This document shows positions 59,800 to 64,000 of a stretch of 64,000 nt of DNA, in pieces (position 1 is the first letter of the stretch; every line of letters starts with the position of its first letter). Made by a program: the position numbers and the translations under genes. The stretch is taken from NCBI GenBank assembly GCA_900543915.1, contig UQTB01000006.1, positions 10,339 through 74,338 of the forward strand, read 5' to 3'. The notes beneath the pieces were generated by a model, which saw only the letters and a program-made list of their open reading frames with translations, did not search any database and was not told the origin of the DNA. This DNA is from an uncultured Eubacteriales bacterium (GTDB taxonomy: Bacteria > Bacillota > Clostridia > Christensenellales > Borkfalkiaceae).

Positions 59800-60173
59800 A
59801 GTAGCCTCCAGAGAAAAAAGACGAGAAATGCCAGAATGCCCGCGGCGGAACCGCCCGCAAACGCACCCCAGAAACACGCGATGAAATCCGAACGGCGGTT
59901 TTCGTACTCCCTGGCTTTCTCGTCCTCTTCTTCCTCGAAAAGGCGCTTCCCTTTGGGCAGCGGGCAAAGGCAGACGTCCGAATCATCCTGGTACTTCACG
60001 CTCACGTAGTCGCGTGCGGAGAGAACGGAGAGGCCGAATTTTACGTCCTCCTCGTTCATGCCGTAATACTGCGGCAGCCGTTCGGCTAGTTCTGCAAAGG
60101 ATACCACCTTATACCCGCCGCCGCACATTTCGTTGACAGCCTTCAGAAGGCTTTTACCGCGTCCGTCCAACAT
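59793..60173 (-). CDS. Hypothetical small protein: winged-helix-like N-domain + C-terminal TM anchor (126 aa); paralog of the downstream gene
   Basis: [25 protein letters not shown]...[20 protein letters not shown]...TM helix. Same architecture and shared CGG...L..L......E.V...L..L..DY(L/V) pattern as 59440-59799. Confidence 0.5.
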   Translation of the reverse strand: MLDGRGKSLLKAVNEMCGGGYKVVSFAELAERLPQYYGMNEEDVKFGLSVLSARDYVSVKYQDDSDVCLCPLPKGKRLFEEEEDEKAREYENRRSDFIACFWGAFAGGSAAGILAFLVFFLWRLLC

Positions 60174-60375
60174 ACACGCACAGTATGTGTTTTCGGCAAA
60201 TTTTTATCCGCCGCCCGGCGCGCGGAAGAAGCGAACAAATGTTTTTCTAATTGTACCACACGCCCGCCGTTTTGTCAATAAAAACACATCGGTTTTTGTC
60301 TGCTCCGAAACAGCAGTACAAAAAAGAGCGCCGCAGCGCTCCTTTCTTTAAATTTTATCCTAATCTTTAATTTAT

Positions 60376-60993
60376 CTAAAAATGGTTTCCGCTTTCTCCG
60401 TCGTCCAAAAAGTAATCCAGATTCATGGAACTGTATTCCTCTGCAATCGCCTTCTTCATCTTTTTGACGCGATTGGAGACGAAATACAGCGTCACCAGGG
60501 AAGTAATCCCGTCCGCCATAGCGGAAATCGCCAAAAAAACGATGAGCGCACCCTCCGCACGGAAGGGATTGACGATCAAAACGATGCCGAACGCCGTCAT
60601 CAGCACGGAAAAAATCAGATCCAGCCACCAGGTGGAAACGCCGAACCGACGGTAATCCAGCGCGTCCTGAATCAAAAAGAGGTTGCGCACGACAAAAATG
60701 ATCCCGAAGATAAACGCAAATGCCGAAGCGATCTGCGGCGCACAGGCCAGAAAGAGAATGCCGAACAAGATCTCGACGGCGCCTTTGATAAACCCAAAGG
60801 GTTCGTAACCGTAAATGAAATAATTGACGATGCTGAGCAATCCCCCCGCGAGCACGATACCGCCGAAAAGATAACAGACCGTCATCTTTGTCACCGAGGG
60901 AATCACCAGCAGGCAGATTCCGAACACAATATAGAGTATCGATTTGACAAGGGAAGCTATCTTTAATTTTCTGAAAATCCCGTAATGTTCCAT
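60376..60993 (-). CDS. HdeD-family (DUF308) membrane protein
   Basis: True start MEHYGIF at 60993 with AGGAG RBS; 205 aa of repeated paired TM helices typical of DUF308/HdeD. A bidirectional terminator lies at about 60318-60352. Confidence 0.65.
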   Translation of the reverse strand: MEHYGIFRKLKIASLVKSILYIVFGICLLVIPSVTKMTVCYLFGGIVLAGGLLSIVNYFIYGYEPFGFIKGAVEILFGILFLACAPQIASAFAFIFGIIFVVRNLFLIQDALDYRRFGVSTWWLDLIFSVLMTAFGIVLIVNPFRAEGALIVFLAISAMADGITSLVTLYFVSNRVKKMKKAIAEEYSSMNLDYFLDDGESGNHF

Positions 60994-61342
60994 AACGTTC
61001 TCCTGTTTCTTTTTCTTATTATACCACGGCGAGGAGCGCTGAGAAAAACGATCAGGCCCGACACTGCAGCCCGATTTGTCGAAAAAAACCGTTCGCATTG
61101 CCCGGCACGGGCTTTGCGCAGCGGCAACCGATTGTTTTTTAAAATATTTCAAGAATGCTTTATCCCCCAAAAGGATCGATGAATTTTGGGGGATGAGGAG
61201 AAACCGACGTTACGGCAAAGCCCCGGCAGATCCCTGCAGGGGCTTGCGTTCTTCGTCGCGTTCCGACGACTGGGTTTAGTAGATAAAAATGCCGCCTTTC
61301 AGCACGGACGCTGAATTGTTGCTTTACTTGTTGCAATAGATC

Positions 61343-61573
61343 CTACCACCGCACTATAACTTCGGTATCTTCTGATATTACTTCCACGAGAGGAAGGCTG
61401 CATTGTTTCTTAAACCGATTCAGAGCCTTAACCATTTGTTTCAACTGACTGCGGTTAAGATTCACTTTGCACTTGTTTTTCAGCAGATTTTCCCCAAGCG
61501 AAGTTGCAAAAAGGAAGTTCGGTAATCTGATTACCATCGGACGTCCGTTTTCTTTCATTACTATCTTCATCAT
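61343..61573 (-). CDS. Hypothetical small protein (76 aa) downstream of and overlapping an XRE-domain gene, in an AT-rich islet
   Basis: Its start overlaps the stop of the upstream gene by 4 nt, and its low-GC codon usage matches that gene. Confidence 0.45.
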   Translation of the reverse strand: MMKIVMKENGRPMVIRLPNFLFATSLGENLLKNKCKVNLNRSQLKQMVKALNRFKKQCSLPLVEVISEDTEVIVRW

Positions 61574-62043
61574 TCTACGGTAATTTTTACTGTGTCACCG
61601 CCGGCACTCTCGATGTCTACCAGTTCCCCGACAATGCCCTGTTCTGCCAATGCAATCAATTGAGTAACGTCGATGTCAATTTTTTTGTCTTTCAGCATCT
61701 CGAGTTCGCCGTCTTTCGCTAATAATCTGACAATGCCGAGTGGTAAATTGATGTTGACTTTATCTTTATTTGCGGACAGGATCCTTATCTTAAACACTAA
61801 TTGATCGATATTCTTTTGTGTAGTAGTGACTACAGGTTTGTTCCCTCCCCTTCCCAGCAGGTAGTCAACCGAAGTTTCCAACAGGTCTGCCAGCTCAACA
61901 AGCAGCGTGATGTCCGGCGCGTTGATGTCCTTTTCCCATTTGGAAACCGATTGATTAGTGACATTGAGTTTTTCGGCAAGTTGTTCTTGCGTAAATCCTT
62001 TTTGCTTGCGAAGTTCCAGCAAACGTGATCCCAGTGTACTCAT
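61570..62043 (-). CDS. XRE-family HTH protein with an uncharacterised ~85-aa C-terminal domain
   Basis: N-terminal LRKQKGFTQEQLAEKLNVTNQSVSKWEKD helix-turn-helix; a low-GC gene next to the 3' end of tRNA-Leu. Confidence 0.65.
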   Translation of the reverse strand: MSTLGSRLLELRKQKGFTQEQLAEKLNVTNQSVSKWEKDINAPDITLLVELADLLETSVDYLLGRGGNKPVVTTTQKNIDQLVFKIRILSANKDKVNINLPLGIVRLLAKDGELEMLKDKKIDIDVTQLIALAEQGIVGELVDIESAGGDTVKITVE

Positions 62044-62424
62044 TGCGTATCCTCCTTTGATCTTTGTGATTTCAGTATACTACCGTTTCTAAGCATTTTC
62101 AACCGATTATTAGGCGAATCAGTCAACTGAAAAGTTGAATTTTTTTCCAACCTATGGTTGACCTGTCGCGCCGGTTTGCTTTTTTGCCAATTTCGCTGAC
62201 ATAAATTTTTAATGATAAGAAAAAACCGTGTATTGATGCAATACGTATCTCTGTCACGGTTTCGGTGCACTCAACAGGAGCTGCCGCTTGGGCACGGCGC
62301 ACGGCTGACAGTCCAAACCGAGGGCTGTCAGGCCGTCGATGGTTTTTTTCAACTTTCCTCTCCTCAACGCCTGCATCTTCGGCACAAAAAAACACAGCAC
62401 AGACGAAAGTCTGTGCTGTGTCTT

Positions 62425-62508
62425 TGGTGTGGAGAATGAGACTTGAACTCACACGGATAATCCATACGCCCCTCAAACGTACGCGTCTGCCAATTCCGCC
62501 ATCCCCAC
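62425..62508 (-). tRNA. tRNA-Leu (anticodon GAG)
   Basis: Reverse complement GTGGGGATGGCGGAATTGGCAGACGCGTACGTTTGAGGGGCGTATGGATTATCCGTGTGAGTTCAAGTCTCATTCTCCACACCA: D-arm GGCGGAATTGGCAGACGCG as in bacterial tRNA-Leu, anticodon loop TTGAGGG, long variable arm, TTCAAGT T-loop. Confidence 0.8.
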
Positions 62509-62524
62509 AAGTTGCTTAAATAGT

Positions 62525-63109
62525 TTAGCGCATTTTAGCCGTTTTGTCAAGAAGTTGAGGATAGTATTTTTTATATTTTTCATATGTCCGGCTGATTTTT
62601 TCCAGATACTGTTCCGTCTCGCGGTAGGGAATCTCCGACAGCGTTTTCCCGTCCGGCGAGAGCGCCGCGTCCGAGAGCCAGCCGCGCACCGTCCCCTCCC
62701 CTGCGTTATATGCGGCCAGCGCCGTTCGTTCGTCCGGAAAGCGGTCGAAGAGATAGCGCAGATACCAGCATCCGAAATCCAGATTGTCCTCCGCGCAGAA
62801 GAGATCGTACGCTTCGATCCCCCTGCTGGACGCGATATATTCCGCCGTGCGGTCGGTGATCTGCATCAGCCCTTTTGCGCCGGCGCCGCTTTCCGCCCGC
62901 TCGCGGAAGTTGCTCTCCGTCCTGATTACCGCGAAAATCAGCGCGGGATCCAGATTGTCCCGGAGGGCGAGCGAACGAACGGTCTCCTCATAGCGCACCG
63001 GGTAGACGATTCTGCGCGCCAGCGGAATCCCCGCGATCAGAATCAGCCCCGCCAGGCAGACGACGGCGGTCCAGAATACGATTTGACTAAATTTTCGCTT
63101 GGATATCAT
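62525..63109 (-). CDS. Lytic transglycosylase domain protein (SLT/GEWL family), membrane-anchored
   Basis: N-terminal TM helix; catalytic ES motif region IRTESNFRERAESGAGAKGLMQI and the AYNAGEG motif. Confidence 0.8.
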   Translation of the reverse strand: MISKRKFSQIVFWTAVVCLAGLILIAGIPLARRIVYPVRYEETVRSLALRDNLDPALIFAVIRTESNFRERAESGAGAKGLMQITDRTAEYIASSRGIEAYDLFCAEDNLDFGCWYLRYLFDRFPDERTALAAYNAGEGTVRGWLSDAALSPDGKTLSEIPYRETEQYLEKISRTYEKYKKYYPQLLDKTAKMR

Positions 63110-63689
63110 CGAGCAGTACCGTTACCTTTTTTTCGAGTTCCCCGAGACCGGAATCGTTATATATAACAGTATGCGCGTTTTTCGGTAAATTTTCATAGTC
63201 AAACTGACTTTGTATGCGCGCCGATACTTCTTCGCGCGTCAGTCCGTTCCGCGCAGCCACCGCGCGGATCCGCTCTTCTCTCCCGCGCATGACGACGACA
63301 ATCTGATCGAACAGATCTTCGCTGTGCGTCTCGAACAGAAGCTGAATCTCCACGAAGATCACTTTTTCTTTACAGGCGGCAAATTCCTCCCGCAGCCGGC
63401 GGAACACGCCCGCGTGGACGATTTCGTTCAGCTGCGCAAGCGCGGCGGAATCGCCGAATACGCGGGCGGCGAGCGCTCTGCGGTCGAGCGTCTCCCCGGC
63501 GATCTCCGCGCCGAACCGCGCGCGCAGCGCTTCCAGCACGCGCGGCTCCCCGGTCACCTCCCGCGCGAGGTCGTCGCAGGACAGCACGCGGTATCCCCGT
63601 TCCCGGATCATGGCGAGCACGGTGGATTTTCCGCTTCCGATCCCGCCCGTTACGGCTACTTTATAGGGCCCCTGATTATTTCGCGTCAT
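63087..63689 (-). CDS. coaE: Dephospho-CoA kinase
   Basis: P-loop VAVTGGIGSGKST at the N-terminus, 200 aa, conserved position downstream of polA. Confidence 0.85.
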   Translation of the reverse strand: MTRNNQGPYKVAVTGGIGSGKSTVLAMIRERGYRVLSCDDLAREVTGEPRVLEALRARFGAEIAGETLDRRALAARVFGDSAALAQLNEIVHAGVFRRLREEFAACKEKVIFVEIQLLFETHSEDLFDQIVVVMRGREERIRAVAARNGLTREEVSARIQSQFDYENLPKNAHTVIYNDSGLGELEKKVTVLLDDIQAKI

Positions 63690-64000
63690 ACCAGGTCTCT
63701 CCCCGCTCCGCCTCTACCGTGAGCGGAACGGAAAGCGCCGCGGCGCCCTCCATTTCCCGCTTCAGAATCGCCTCCACCCGATCGGCTTCCTCCTTCAGCG
63801 CGTCTACGATCAGTTCGTCGTGCACCTGCAAAATGAGTTCGGAACGAAGCCCCTCCTCCTGCAGCGCGCGGGAAACGCCCAGCATCGCCAGTTTGATGAT
63901 ATCCGCGCTGCTGCCCTGCAGGGGCATGTTCATCGCCGCGCGCTCGCCGAAGCTGCGCACGTTGTAGTTGGCCGCGTTGATTTCCCGGATATAGCGTTTG
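63676..64000 (-). CDS. polA: DNA polymerase I, C-terminal end (gene continues beyond the window end)
   Basis: C-terminal palm-domain motif C (LQVHDELI) and terminal sequence ...AERGETWYDAK; the N-terminal portion lies off-window. Confidence 0.85.
   Translation of the reverse strand, partial: KRYIREINAANYNVRSFGERAAMNMPLQGSSADIIKLAMLGVSRALQEEGLRSELILQVHDELIVDALKEEADRVEAILKREMEGAAALSVPLTVEAERGETWYDAK

Noticed and set aside
59444-59986. 181-aa N-terminal extension of uvrB in the ORF track
   Set aside because: uvrB starts at [17 protein letters not shown] (59443). The extension is in a different frame from, and overlaps, the 119-aa wHTH+TM gene, which has its own GGAGG RBS.
1-64000. CRISPR arrays, rRNA genes, transposase or integrase genes
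   Set aside because: No regularly spaced direct repeats, no rRNA-like sequence and no DDE, serine-recombinase or tyrosine-recombinase ORF was found. The mobile-element signal here comes only from the repeats, the att-like duplication and the PcfJ/PcfK genes.

Overview
High-GC Firmicutes (Clostridia-type) chromosomal segment, dense with genes. Core genes: a partial ABC exporter at the window start; nfnAB-like NADPH oxidoreductase pair; two paralogous amino-acid ABC uptake operons; a membrane GT2 glycosyltransferase; a gerA-type spore germination operon; pflBA; a LacI-controlled LplABC-type glycan utilisation locus with a nucleoside hydrolase and secreted proteins; a heterodimeric ABC exporter operon with MarR and a small alarmone synthetase; aspS; two DegV paralogs with DUF1836 and SGNH hydrolase neighbours; uvrBA; slt, coaE and the 3' end of polA. 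Accessory or unusual content: (1) a decayed integrative element inserted at the 3' end of tRNA-Ser, carrying a PcfJ-like protein, a PcfK-like/MutS-domain-I fusion protein and an AT-rich cargo; (2) two dispersed ~250-330 bp non-coding repeat families, three copies each, one with compensatory hairpin changes and the other ending in bidirectional terminators; (3) an XRE regulator flanked by two paralogous ~86-aa proteins, with five TATGC-N6-GCATA operator-like sites; (4) two tandem paralogous wHTH+TM small proteins translationally coupled to uvrB; (5) an orphan BppU-type phage tail-like protein; (6) an AT-rich islet next to tRNA-Leu. In high-GC regions the six-frame ORF track is dominated by long antisense artefacts; these are listed under rejected.
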